Positions 7,712 through 16,043 of a stretch of DNA of 25,517 nt are shown piece by piece. A program made the position numbers and the translations under genes. Within the stretch, counting starts at the first letter, position 1, and the number at the start of each line of letters is the position of its first letter. The notes under the pieces were generated by a model. The model was not told where the DNA came from and ran no database searches. It was given only the letters and a program-made list of their open reading frames with translations. The stretch lies in IMG/VR virus record IMGVR_UViG_3300014613_000098, positions 1-25,517 of that record. One strand, written 5' to 3'. Source of the DNA: a virus. Lineage: Duplodnaviria > Caudoviricetes.

Positions 7712-8869
7712 ATGGCAGTACAGACAAATCACCTGATCTATTCCTCGGCTACGGCGGAGAGCCTCGCCGCGGCTTACGCCGTGTACAAATGGCACACGGA
7801 TAACGGACATACACTTACCGTGTACGATATCGTAGGTATCATCACGGCTACCCTCACAACCTACTGCGGGACTACTCTCGTGGATGCAACCTACGACGCT
7901 ATCTATATCACCGCACCATGCGAAGCGACGAGCCAGACAACCCCCGTTGGGACAATTAACTGCACTCAACAGTATGCGCTCAGAGCTAAATTGAAGGTTG
8001 CTTCACAGGGAACCTTATCCGCGCTGATCGAGGACGCAACTACTCACACCGCGACAACTATCGGAGATAGCGCGATCACGGACTGGACGACTGATCTGTT
8101 CGTCGATGAGCATATCCTGATCACCGCCGGCACTGGCGCGAATCAACTCTCGCGGGTGAAAAGCAATACGACTACCGTCGCTACGATCCGCGGCATATTC
8201 TACGCCGAGCCTGATGCAACTTCAGACTTCAAGACCTGCGTCGGGATGGAGCTCTACCTGGCCGGGAAGGCCGATACGAATACATCCGCAATCCTCGGCG
8301 TGACGGAAAGAACGTGGACAGCACTCTACCCGGATAATACAATCCCTCTGCTTCTGAGTTACTTCGCCGGATATCCGGGATATGCAGTACAACAAGGAAC
8401 AACATGCACCTCCATCGGGATCAAGACGCTTGAACACACCGCACAATTTGGAAGTGTAGATTCAAAAGCGGGAATGTACGTTCAGATTTATTCCGCTACC
8501 ACAAACGGATACCAATGGGGACTGATCGAGTCCAATACCGCAAACATTCTTACTCTTGTCCTGCGGGACGCAACCCACGGCTGGAACTTGCTTACGACCC
8601 CAACCGGAACGCCGGCGTACAAGATCGTGAACCAACTATCGGATATTTTCAACGACCTCTATGCGAAATACTACATTCTCACCTATCTGACCGATCTCTC
8701 AAGTACAGCCGTACTGGCTGAATTTAAGCGGATCATCGACGTGAATGATACCCTCGCTATCCTGCCCGCTGGCTTCGCCTCAATCCAGGACGTTGACTAC
8801 ATCCACGACACGATTCTTCCAACAGGGAAGAAGATGTTCGACGCACTTAGATTAGGCGTCACAGCCTGA
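7712..8869 (+). CDS. Thr/Ala-rich putative virion protein (385 aa)
   Basis: Two copies of a phage structural motif (ILITAGTGANQLSRVKSNTTT / VQIYSATTNGYQWGLIESNTAN); composition like the capsid gene; own promoter and terminator. Confidence 0.7.
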   Translation: MAVQTNHLIYSSATAESLAAAYAVYKWHTDNGHTLTVYDIVGIITATLTTYCGTTLVDATYDAIYITAPCEATSQTTPVGTINCTQQYALRAKLKVASQGTLSALIEDATTHTATTIGDSAITDWTTDLFVDEHILITAGTGANQLSRVKSNTTTVATIRGIFYAEPDATSDFKTCVGMELYLAGKADTNTSAILGVTERTWTALYPDNTIPLLLSYFAGYPGYAVQQGTTCTSIGIKTLEHTAQFGSVDSKAGMYVQIYSATTNGYQWGLIESNTANILTLVLRDATHGWNLLTTPTGTPAYKIVNQLSDIFNDLYAKYYILTYLTDLSSTAVLAEFKRIIDVNDTLAILPAGFASIQDVDYIHDTILPTGKKMFDALRLGVTA

Positions 8870-8888
8870 TAACAACTATCACTATCCT

Positions 8889-8920
8889 AAAAGCCCAGCC
8901 TTGACTTAGCCGGGTTTTTT
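8889..8920 (+). terminator. intrinsic terminator overlapping the next promoter
   Basis: AAAAGCCC...CGGGTTTTTT imperfect stem followed by a U-tract. Confidence 0.6.
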
Positions 8921-8930
8921 GTTATATTTG
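8901..8930 (+). promoter_or_regulatory. promoter for the terminase genes
   Basis: TTGACT-N16-TATATTTG. Confidence 0.75.
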
Positions 8931-8951
8931 CACCAGAATAAACCGAGACCG

Positions 8952-9596
8952 ATGAACCTCTCAGAGTTAGACCGCAGGAAATTCCCCTTCCCGATAGAAG
9001 GCACGATAAATTATCGCAAGAACTACCAAGACCTGCAACACTACCCCGAATTTATGAACTACCCCGATAAGGAAGCGGGGATAAACTTCAATATAGCCTT
9101 CAGATATGTGATGCTTCTCTATACCCCCAACACACCGCTTCTCTCTATCGCGGAATACCCCGAACGCAGACTCGCCGCGGCGCAACTATCTTTAATCAAC
9201 CAGAAGCACTATAAAGAACTCTTCTCAAGCGGAAACAGTTACGTGAACCAGATCATCATCGCTTACGTCCGAATGATGAAAAACCCAAAATGGACGAAGA
9301 TGTGCGTATTTATGGATGCGTACTATAACCAGCTCTCAAAACTGCAATCAGGGAATACTGAAGCCGGCGAAAGAACGAATAACCTTCTCGATAACATCAA
9401 TAAGATCGAGAAAAATATCGAAGACCTCACGAATGAGCTTCTTAACAGTGATCACACGCTACGCCTTGTGGACGACCTCTATCAGCGTATCGAACAGGAA
9501 CGGCTCTACACGCCGGAAGAGATAGCGCAATCAATATTCGACGGGAAGGACCCGCTTAACGGATGGACGCCATGGGCAGACGACCGAAACAAATAA
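8952..9596 (+). CDS. putative terminase small subunit
   Basis: Directly upstream of and overlapping TerL; helical, coiled-coil C-terminal half; start moved to ATG 8952 downstream of the promoter; function by position only. Confidence 0.5.
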   Translation: MNLSELDRRKFPFPIEGTINYRKNYQDLQHYPEFMNYPDKEAGINFNIAFRYVMLLYTPNTPLLSIAEYPERRLAAAQLSLINQKHYKELFSSGNSYVNQIIIAYVRMMKNPKWTKMCVFMDAYYNQLSKLQSGNTEAGERTNNLLDNINKIEKNIEDLTNELLNSDHTLRLVDDLYQRIEQERLYTPEEIAQSIFDGKDPLNGWTPWADDRNK

Positions 9597-11737
9597 CCGG
9601 AAGGACCAACCTTAACTACCAACCCCCGGATGAGGTTCTTATCCTTAACGATAACGACCCCGACCTGCAACCGATAGAGATAAAGCTTCCCTCGCCACCA
9701 CCGCTGAAATATATCGACGGATATGGCCTTCCCGCGGAGGATCAGCTCTTCACGCGACCCGTAGTTCCCGAAGCGCTGAGAAGGATCCAGCGGGATAGCG
9801 TCTCGATAAAAGAGTGCTGGCAGAAATTTGAAAGGCGACAGAATGACCTTCAGGATGAGATCCTCTGGCTAAAAAAACAATGGTTCTACCGCCTTAATGG
9901 ATACTGGTGTTTCATTAATGGGAAGCCTACGTATATCCCGCCATCCCATTATGAGTTGATCGCATTTATGAAAACACATACCGGGCTGATCCCGCAATAT
10001 CGCGAACGCAGCAGGAAGCTTCATACCGTATTCCATTGGGCTAATAACTTTACATCAGACTTTGAGGATCAGAAGTTCGATGCTATCGGGAATAGGCTTC
10101 CAAACAGGTACGGCGATAAACTGATCGATACTGGTGAGAGAAAACTTTTTGGAGTAGTATTCTCTAAAGGGCGAAGGCTCGCCGCTACGACGGATGCGAT
10201 AGCGTGGGTGAACCGTCGCATTATAACGCATAAGAACAAGTATTCCGGGATGCAGGCTCAAGACGCGGATCATGGGAAAAAATTATGGTTGAAGTACACC
10301 GCCATGTCCCGTACCATCCCATGGTTCTTTATGCCTATCTTCGATGGGGATACGGATCCGCAGACGAAGATCGTATTCCAAGACAAGGATCAGTTAGGGG
10401 AGTACGGCCTTGAAAGCAAGATCGATTACGCTAAGACGCACTCATCTTACTTCTATGACGGGGAAGAGATCTTCGACTACTACCGGACGGAATCCGGAAA
10501 GGTGATAAAGGAAGTAATCTATATGGGATGGGAAATCGTGAAGAACACTATTAGCTGGTCAAGCGGGAAGATCATCGGCGGCTTCGCCATTCACGAATCT
10601 ACTGCCGGCGAGTTTGAGAAACAAGGAGGCGCTGAATTTTTTTACCTCTGCAGAGATTCCGACTTCTACCATAGAACCGCTAACGGGCAAACGAAGTCAG
10701 GGCTCGTGAATATATTCCTTCCGAGTGATGAAGGATCGCCCGGCTTCATTGACCGGTACGGAAACTCACTAAAGGAGAAAGCGCGAAATCACTACCTGAG
10801 AGAAAGAAAACACTATCTCGATGAAAGCACCTCCGAGGGGATGATGAAGTACCAGGAACAACTCAGGCTTCACCCGCTTTCCTTCGCCGAGAGCTTCACC
10901 CAGGCCGGAATGGGAATCGGCTTTAATATGATCATCCTCGATAAAAGGATCAGTGAACTCCGGTTTCTGGAACGGGCAACGGTAAGAGGCAACTTTGACT
11001 GGGTGCGGGACTTCGGCGGTGACGTGACATTCTTTGAGAACCCGATGGGAAGGTGGTATGTGAGTAAACTCTACCCTTCTGAGATGGCGAATAAAAAATA
11101 CTGGAAAGACGGTCACTGGTATCCTCTCTTTAGAAATAAGGTTATGCACTGCTCAGACCCTTTCGGCTATGATGAGACGGAACACTTCCGCCAGTCTAAT
11201 GGTGGTGGGATAGCAATAGAGCGGAAAGACCCTTCAGATAATGAGAAAGATATAACTAAAAGCGATAAGCCGGATATTGTCTATACCTATTCCGCACGGC
11301 CAGCGACGAAAGAAGAATTCTGTGAGGATATGCTCAAGTCAACAATCTATTATGGAGGTATGCACTCCCCGGAGGTAAATATAGAAATAGTCCGGGAATA
11401 CTTCAAGCGAAAAGGTTTTGGCGGATATCTCTACTACTTCCGTGAGGGGGACGGAAGCTACCGTAAGACCGCTGGCTATTCCCTTACTAGGGACACGCCG
11501 GATAAGATCATTGGATGCGCAGTCACGTTCGTGGAATTATACGGCCATAGAATAAAACATCTCGAACTACTTCAGCAATGTAAAGACCTTAGAGGGAAAA
11601 AGGATATTAAGAATAAAGACCTCGTAGCTGTTTTCGGCGGGGCAACTCATTCTATCGAGAATGACTACCGCAGCGAGGAAATGGTTGACCACTCGGAGAG
11701 AGACCTGAGTTCGTGGTTTATTAAAAAGAATTATTGA
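9563..11737 (+). CDS. terL: terminase large subunit, crAss-like type
   Basis: RLNGYWCFINGKPTYI; Walker A-like KGRRLAATT; YDGE...TESGK Walker B region; ESTAG coupling motif; nuclease SDPFGYD...SNGGG...PEVN...DLV. Confidence 0.88.
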   Translation: MDAMGRRPKQITGRTNLNYQPPDEVLILNDNDPDLQPIEIKLPSPPPLKYIDGYGLPAEDQLFTRPVVPEALRRIQRDSVSIKECWQKFERRQNDLQDEILWLKKQWFYRLNGYWCFINGKPTYIPPSHYELIAFMKTHTGLIPQYRERSRKLHTVFHWANNFTSDFEDQKFDAIGNRLPNRYGDKLIDTGERKLFGVVFSKGRRLAATTDAIAWVNRRIITHKNKYSGMQAQDADHGKKLWLKYTAMSRTIPWFFMPIFDGDTDPQTKIVFQDKDQLGEYGLESKIDYAKTHSSYFYDGEEIFDYYRTESGKVIKEVIYMGWEIVKNTISWSSGKIIGGFAIHESTAGEFEKQGGAEFFYLCRDSDFYHRTANGQTKSGLVNIFLPSDEGSPGFIDRYGNSLKEKARNHYLRERKHYLDESTSEGMMKYQEQLRLHPLSFAESFTQAGMGIGFNMIILDKRISELRFLERATVRGNFDWVRDFGGDVTFFENPMGRWYVSKLYPSEMANKKYWKDGHWYPLFRNKVMHCSDPFGYDETEHFRQSNGGGIAIERKDPSDNEKDITKSDKPDIVYTYSARPATKEEFCEDMLKSTIYYGGMHSPEVNIEIVREYFKRKGFGGYLYYFREGDGSYRKTAGYSLTRDTPDKIIGCAVTFVELYGHRIKHLELLQQCKDLRGKKDIKNKDLVAVFGGATHSIENDYRSEEMVDHSERDLSSWFIKKNY

Positions 11738-11755
11738 AAAACTACTAATCAAAGA

Positions 11756-11986
11756 TCACCCAATGTACAAAATATTTTCCACGTATTTCTTCGTAAACAA
11801 GATTTCAACTATCCCGTCATCCTCACTCCCGTCCTTCCTTAATTGTTTATTTCTGCCTTTGTAGTTCTTAAGTAATTCCCTCCTGTATAGCTCGACCTCA
11901 TTCTCGTTTTGAAATATCCTTTGATCCTCAACGATTACTTCCGAACGGTATCCGTTAATTCCTTGAACACTCAAAATCTGGATCAT
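11756..11986 (-). CDS. hypothetical protein (76 aa)
   Basis: ATG 11986 lies just downstream of a minus-strand promoter. Confidence 0.65.
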   Translation of the reverse strand: MIQILSVQGINGYRSEVIVEDQRIFQNENEVELYRRELLKNYKGRNKQLRKDGSEDDGIVEILFTKKYVENILYIG

Positions 11987-12007
11987 GGGAAAGAAAATTT
12001 GTTTGAA

Positions 12008-12038
12008 CAAAGTTAGCTAATTAGATAAGGCTTGTCAA
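12008..12038 (-). promoter_or_regulatory. Bacteroidota-type promoter
   Basis: TTGACA-N17-TAACTTTG on the minus strand. Confidence 0.75.
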
Positions 12039-12079
12039 TGAAATATAATAATTCCCTGAAAACTTTTTTCCTCAAAATA

Positions 12080-12111
12080 TTGACAAGTGATAACGTGTAA
12101 ATCTATCTTTG
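12080..12111 (+). promoter_or_regulatory. promoter of putative sRNA1
   Basis: TTGACA-N18-TATCTTTG. Confidence 0.8.
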
Positions 12112-12113
12112 CT

Positions 12114-12182
12114 TCGGTTCTCGGTGTTCTCACTTCTCACACCTGATCGGGGCGGAAAACTCAAAAGCTTCGCCCCTTTTTT
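12114..12182 (+). ncRNA. putative small RNA 1 (~68 nt)
   Basis: Promoter, then hairpin GGTGT-[TCTCACTTCTC]-ACACC, then terminator GGGGCGGA...TTCGCCCC-T6; no ATG inside; 5' end estimated. Confidence 0.6.
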
Positions 12183-12188
12183 AAAATT

Positions 12189-12383
12189 ATGAAACAGCCA
12201 AGATTATATTTTTTGATCCTGATGTCTCCAGTAATTATGATTTTTATTATCATCTGGCAGGTCGGGATATTTTTTGCAGTAATTGTATCTTGCCTATTGA
12301 CAATCCCCAAAAAATTGTTATCTTTGTGCAGTGAATTTTTTCATGGTCACAGATTTTGGTTAATCACAAAGAGCCCGGAGTAA
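12189..12383 (+). CDS. possible small hydrophobic protein (64 aa)
   Basis: ATG after AAAATT; long hydrophobic stretch; its 3' half overlaps a promoter and sRNA2, so it may be spurious. Confidence 0.35.
   Translation: MKQPRLYFLILMSPVIMIFIIIWQVGIFFAVIVSCLLTIPKKLLSLCSEFFHGHRFWLITKSPE
12297..12326 (+). promoter_or_regulatory. promoter of putative sRNA2
   Basis: TTGACA-N16-TATCTTTG. Confidence 0.75.
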
Positions 12384-12395
12384 TCCGGGTTTTTT
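12330..12395 (+). ncRNA. putative small RNA 2 (~65 nt)
   Basis: Promoter followed within about 45 nt by terminator GCCCGGA-GTAA-TCCGGGT-TTTTT; 5' end estimated. Confidence 0.55.
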
Positions 12396-12451
12396 GTTTT
12401 AATCCCCTTTATTAAGTTTCGGTTTTTTGCAGATCAATTTTTTTCCCTATT

Positions 12452-13159
12452 CTATGTTGATTTTATATTTTTTTTTATTACAATGTTTCCTCGAAATAGC
12501 TTAGATAATTTATCAACTGGAAAATCCATAGGGATACTCACGGGAATATTAATAGGAATAGTATGTTTATTTTTTTTATTTTCAGATTGTAATAATTTTA
12601 TCAACTGGAAAATATCTACACCATCATCTGAATGTTCTATACTATGACATTGATCACATAATGTTATTAAATCATTAAGATTTTTATGTTCATTAAAGTG
12701 ATTTTTATATGTAAGATGATGGATATGTAAGTTATTATTGCGCCCACACATTTGACATTTATTTTTATCTCTTTTTAATACTATTTTCCGCACGAATCTC
12801 CAATAATCCGTTTTTAGAAAATCTTTATAATTTATATCTTTTAAAGCATTTTCGTTGTATTCTGTTCTTATTCCTTTCTTCTTTTTTTTATTCTTATTTT
12901 TGATTGCTCTAATATTTTTTTTTATATCATTCTTTGTAATTATACGATTTCTTTCAAGTTGGGCCAGTCTTTCGGTTTCTTCGTTCAGATAAACATTTTT
13001 TTTCCTCTTTGGATTGAATTTTCCATCAATTATTATTTTAGCCTCTTTGGATTGTTCTTTTTTTAAATTTTTAGCATATTCTCTTTTAGCTTTTATTTTA
13101 TTTGCTAATTCTGGATGGTTTCTAAGATATCTTAAATTACTTCTTTCCGCTCTATTCAT
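12452..13159 (-). CDS. HNH endonuclease with a basic N-terminal extension
   Basis: W...VLKRDKNKCQMCG...LHIHH...NLNDLITLCDQCHSIEH; very AT-rich relative to flanking genes. Confidence 0.9.
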   Translation of the reverse strand: MNRAERSNLRYLRNHPELANKIKAKREYAKNLKKEQSKEAKIIIDGKFNPKRKKNVYLNEETERLAQLERNRIITKNDIKKNIRAIKNKNKKKKKGIRTEYNENALKDINYKDFLKTDYWRFVRKIVLKRDKNKCQMCGRNNNLHIHHLTYKNHFNEHKNLNDLITLCDQCHSIEHSDDGVDIFQLIKLLQSENKKNKHTIPINIPVSIPMDFPVDKLSKLFRGNIVIKKNIKST

Positions 13160-13164
13160 ATATA

Positions 13165-13235
13165 AAAACCCCTATGTTTTCGGAGTGGCGGCTCCTACTC
13201 ACATAGAGGTTTTAATTACGTTCTCATGTCCGCCA
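13165..13235 (-). promoter_or_regulatory. structured 5' leader (attenuator/pseudoknot-like) of the HNH gene
   Basis: 13-bp outer stem with one G-U on the minus strand; inner GGAG-CCGCCA-CUCC hairpin; upstream UGGCGG complementary to the loop. Confidence 0.6.
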
Positions 13236-13246
13236 ACATCCCAAAA

Positions 13247-13277
13247 CAAAAGTACAAATATTTGCCCACTTTGTCAA
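13247..13277 (-). promoter_or_regulatory. promoter of the HNH gene
   Basis: TTGACA-N17-TACTTTTG on the minus strand. Confidence 0.75.
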
Positions 13278-13380
13278 GCAAAAACAAGCAAAAAGCAAAA
13301 AAATGTTGAAAACCCGGAAAAATTGTTGATAAAAACACTTTTCGGTACTGGAATACCTAATCAAAAATTATTTCCCCTGC

Positions 13381-13412
13381 TTGACTTTTGCACTTCGTTT
13401 ATATTATATTTG
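13381..13412 (+). promoter_or_regulatory. promoter of the portal gene
   Basis: TTGACT-N18-TATATTTG. Confidence 0.8.
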
Positions 13413-13493
13413 CAACAACTTTATGTAAAGCTTTAGGTAAAATTAAGTAAAACCTTATAGCACAATAAGTTAAATCATCAGCAGAAAAACAGT

Positions 13494-15941
13494 ATGATTT
13501 ACAGACTTAGTGGATTCGCCAGAACGGAATACACGCGTCCTTCCGATGAGGTTCCGCCGGAATACAAAGAGACGCCGGAATACGCCAAGGAATGGGCGCA
13601 ATTCATCTATTCGCGATACCTCGCGGGAGAAACCTGCATCACACCGGATGAACAGGAAAACATCAAGCTGAACCGGGAATACGCCGCCGGGCGACAAGAC
13701 CCGGAAATATATAAAAGCAGAGTCCTTCTCGAAAGAAAACAACCGCCCATTACTACGGATGAGGATAGCGAATATACCAGTATCCTGAAACAAAGGGAAG
13801 GCTTTATTAACGTAAACTTCGAGGATATCCTCTCGCCTATCCCTAAGATCCTTCTCAATATCCAGGGGCTGATGGAAGATACCGAGCATAATATCAGCGT
13901 CTACGCCATCGACGAGAAGAGCACCACCCTAAAACAGGAACTAAAGTATAGATCCCTCTTTGAGGGACAGAACCGCCCGGTCAAGCAATATATCCAACAG
14001 ACGATGGATATGCCTCAAGACGTTCAGGAAAAAGCGTTACCGTCCTCAATGGAAGAGCTTGACCTCTGGGAAAAGATCGGATCATTCAAATTGGCGTATG
14101 AATCCGCGATGAAGGACGGCATTGATTATACTGAAAAACTCTCGAAGAACCCGAAAGTAAAGCGCGCGGTCATAGCGGATTTGATTACGAACGGCAAGGC
14201 ACTAGTCTATGTTTATAATGATATCGGTGGCGTAGCGAAATGGAAATACGCTGACTTCGCTGATCTCGTCATGGAAGGAAGTATGGAAGAGGATAACTCG
14301 GACAGTTCCTTCGGCGGGCTGCAGCAGTGGATGACGGTAGCCGACGTGAGGGCGGAACTCGCGGCGGAAGATATGAACGTCTCCGAGGACGATATTAAAT
14401 CCCTTGCTGAAAGGTGGGGATCGTTCAATGATAATAAGGTTTCATACGGCACGGAACGCAAGAGAAGTTCATTCCCTTATGATAATATCCGCGTGCCGGT
14501 GATGTTGAATTACTGGAAAACGGTAAATACTTCATTCAAAACGTATCACGTAGATGGGAAGGTCTACAATGAAAATTGGCGTAAGAAAGAAAATGGTCGC
14601 TATCGCCTTCCCAGAGCCTACGATACGGAATATAGGAATACAAAAAGGGAAGACCTGCGGACGCTCTACTCAACGAAATGGATCATAGGAAGCGATATCG
14701 TCTGGAAATACGGGCAGGTTAAGGATATTCCATTTGATTACCACGATAAGGACGTGAAGCTTCCTTTTATGCTTTTTAAGATTCCGGGGAAGTCCATAGT
14801 GGAAGCTATGCGTCCTATCGAGGATGAGATCGTTCTTACTTATCTCGATCTTCAGAATGCCCGCGCCCAGAGCGCACCTACAGGCCTGAAGATAGAGATC
14901 AGCTCAATCACGAACATTCCCATGGGTAAGGGCAAGGTTATGCACCCATTGGATGTGCTAACGATTTACCAGCAGACCGGAAGATTACTTTACCGGTTAG
15001 CGCCGCCTGAACCCAGCAACCCGATAGGAAGTCAAAACCCGGTAGATACGCTCCTTGGCGGGTACGACGCTTCTATTATTAGCGCCGTGAAATCACTTGA
15101 ATTGTATTACCGGGAACTGGAAAGGATCACAGGCATCAGCGACTTCTCAACAGGTAGAAGCCCGGTCTCGGAACAAGGACTTGGCGTGACGCAGATAGCA
15201 CTCGCGACAACGAATAACACGCTCAGGCCGATCTACACGGGCTACATTACGATCAAAGAAAACGCGGCTAAGTACGCGGCGATAAAGATTCAGAGCGTGA
15301 TCATCAACGCGAAAGGCGAAGAATGCCCTTATTATAACATCCTCGGCCCGGCAAAGTTCAACGCGATTAAGAGCGCGGGCGGATTCCCGCCAGTATACTG
15401 GGGGATAGAAATTTCAGCAAAACTGGATAGCCTCACTAAGCAAGCTATCCTCGAAGCGGCGAGAAGCGCTCTCGCTGTAGGAAAGGATGGGGTGCCTATA
15501 CTCACCTATAGCGAATATATTTTCATAGTTGAGAAGATTAATACCTCTGAAAACCTCGCCGATGTCCGCGCATGGATTCAGTACAAGGAGCAACAGGCAG
15601 AGATAAGATCATTCCAGCGGGCGCAGGCGACACAAACCATGATTGGCGAACAGACGCGGGCGACGAACGAACAGAAGGCGCAGGAGGAGATAGCTAAGAC
15701 GGCTATAGAAGCGAAGAAGTCCAAGGAAGAGAAAGAGCTGGATCACAGGCTTGAGACCGAGACGAAGCTCTTAGATCACTTCTTGAAGATTAAACTATTG
15801 GAGGCTGAAGGAAAAGCGATAAAAAAAGAGGAACCGGAAATAGGGAAAACACGGGCCGAAAGGGCGGGAATTAACCAGCCGGTATTGCCCGCAGGTGGAA
15901 CGGAAGAGTTAATGCCGGTTGCACAAACACAACCAACGTGA
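13494..15941 (+). CDS. portal protein, crAss-like type
   Basis: 815 aa; NREYAAGRQD, SPIPKIL, VYAIDEKS, YQQTG, LERITGISD patterns; helical C-terminus; between TerL and capsid. Confidence 0.85.
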   Translation: MIYRLSGFARTEYTRPSDEVPPEYKETPEYAKEWAQFIYSRYLAGETCITPDEQENIKLNREYAAGRQDPEIYKSRVLLERKQPPITTDEDSEYTSILKQREGFINVNFEDILSPIPKILLNIQGLMEDTEHNISVYAIDEKSTTLKQELKYRSLFEGQNRPVKQYIQQTMDMPQDVQEKALPSSMEELDLWEKIGSFKLAYESAMKDGIDYTEKLSKNPKVKRAVIADLITNGKALVYVYNDIGGVAKWKYADFADLVMEGSMEEDNSDSSFGGLQQWMTVADVRAELAAEDMNVSEDDIKSLAERWGSFNDNKVSYGTERKRSSFPYDNIRVPVMLNYWKTVNTSFKTYHVDGKVYNENWRKKENGRYRLPRAYDTEYRNTKREDLRTLYSTKWIIGSDIVWKYGQVKDIPFDYHDKDVKLPFMLFKIPGKSIVEAMRPIEDEIVLTYLDLQNARAQSAPTGLKIEISSITNIPMGKGKVMHPLDVLTIYQQTGRLLYRLAPPEPSNPIGSQNPVDTLLGGYDASIISAVKSLELYYRELERITGISDFSTGRSPVSEQGLGVTQIALATTNNTLRPIYTGYITIKENAAKYAAIKIQSVIINAKGEECPYYNILGPAKFNAIKSAGGFPPVYWGIEISAKLDSLTKQAILEAARSALAVGKDGVPILTYSEYIFIVEKINTSENLADVRAWIQYKEQQAEIRSFQRAQATQTMIGEQTRATNEQKAQEEIAKTAIEAKKSKEEKELDHRLETETKLLDHFLKIKLLEAEGKAIKKEEPEIGKTRAERAGINQPVLPAGGTEELMPVAQTQPT

Positions 15942-15972
15942 ACAATAACTTTAAATGGTATTACCTAAACAC

Positions 15973-16004
15973 TTGACAATTAGTATATTTTTAATGTATA
16001 TTTG
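15973..16004 (+). promoter_or_regulatory. promoter of the scaffold-capsid operon
   Basis: TTGACA-N18-TATATTTG. Confidence 0.8.
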
Positions 16005-16043
16005 GAAGATTTTATGAAACTTTAATTTTAAAAAAAATAAGTC

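Noticed and set aside
8919-8951. ORF-track TTG starts at 8919, 7560 and 12010
   Set aside because: They fall inside promoter motifs; downstream ATGs at 8952, 7506 and 11986 are more plausible
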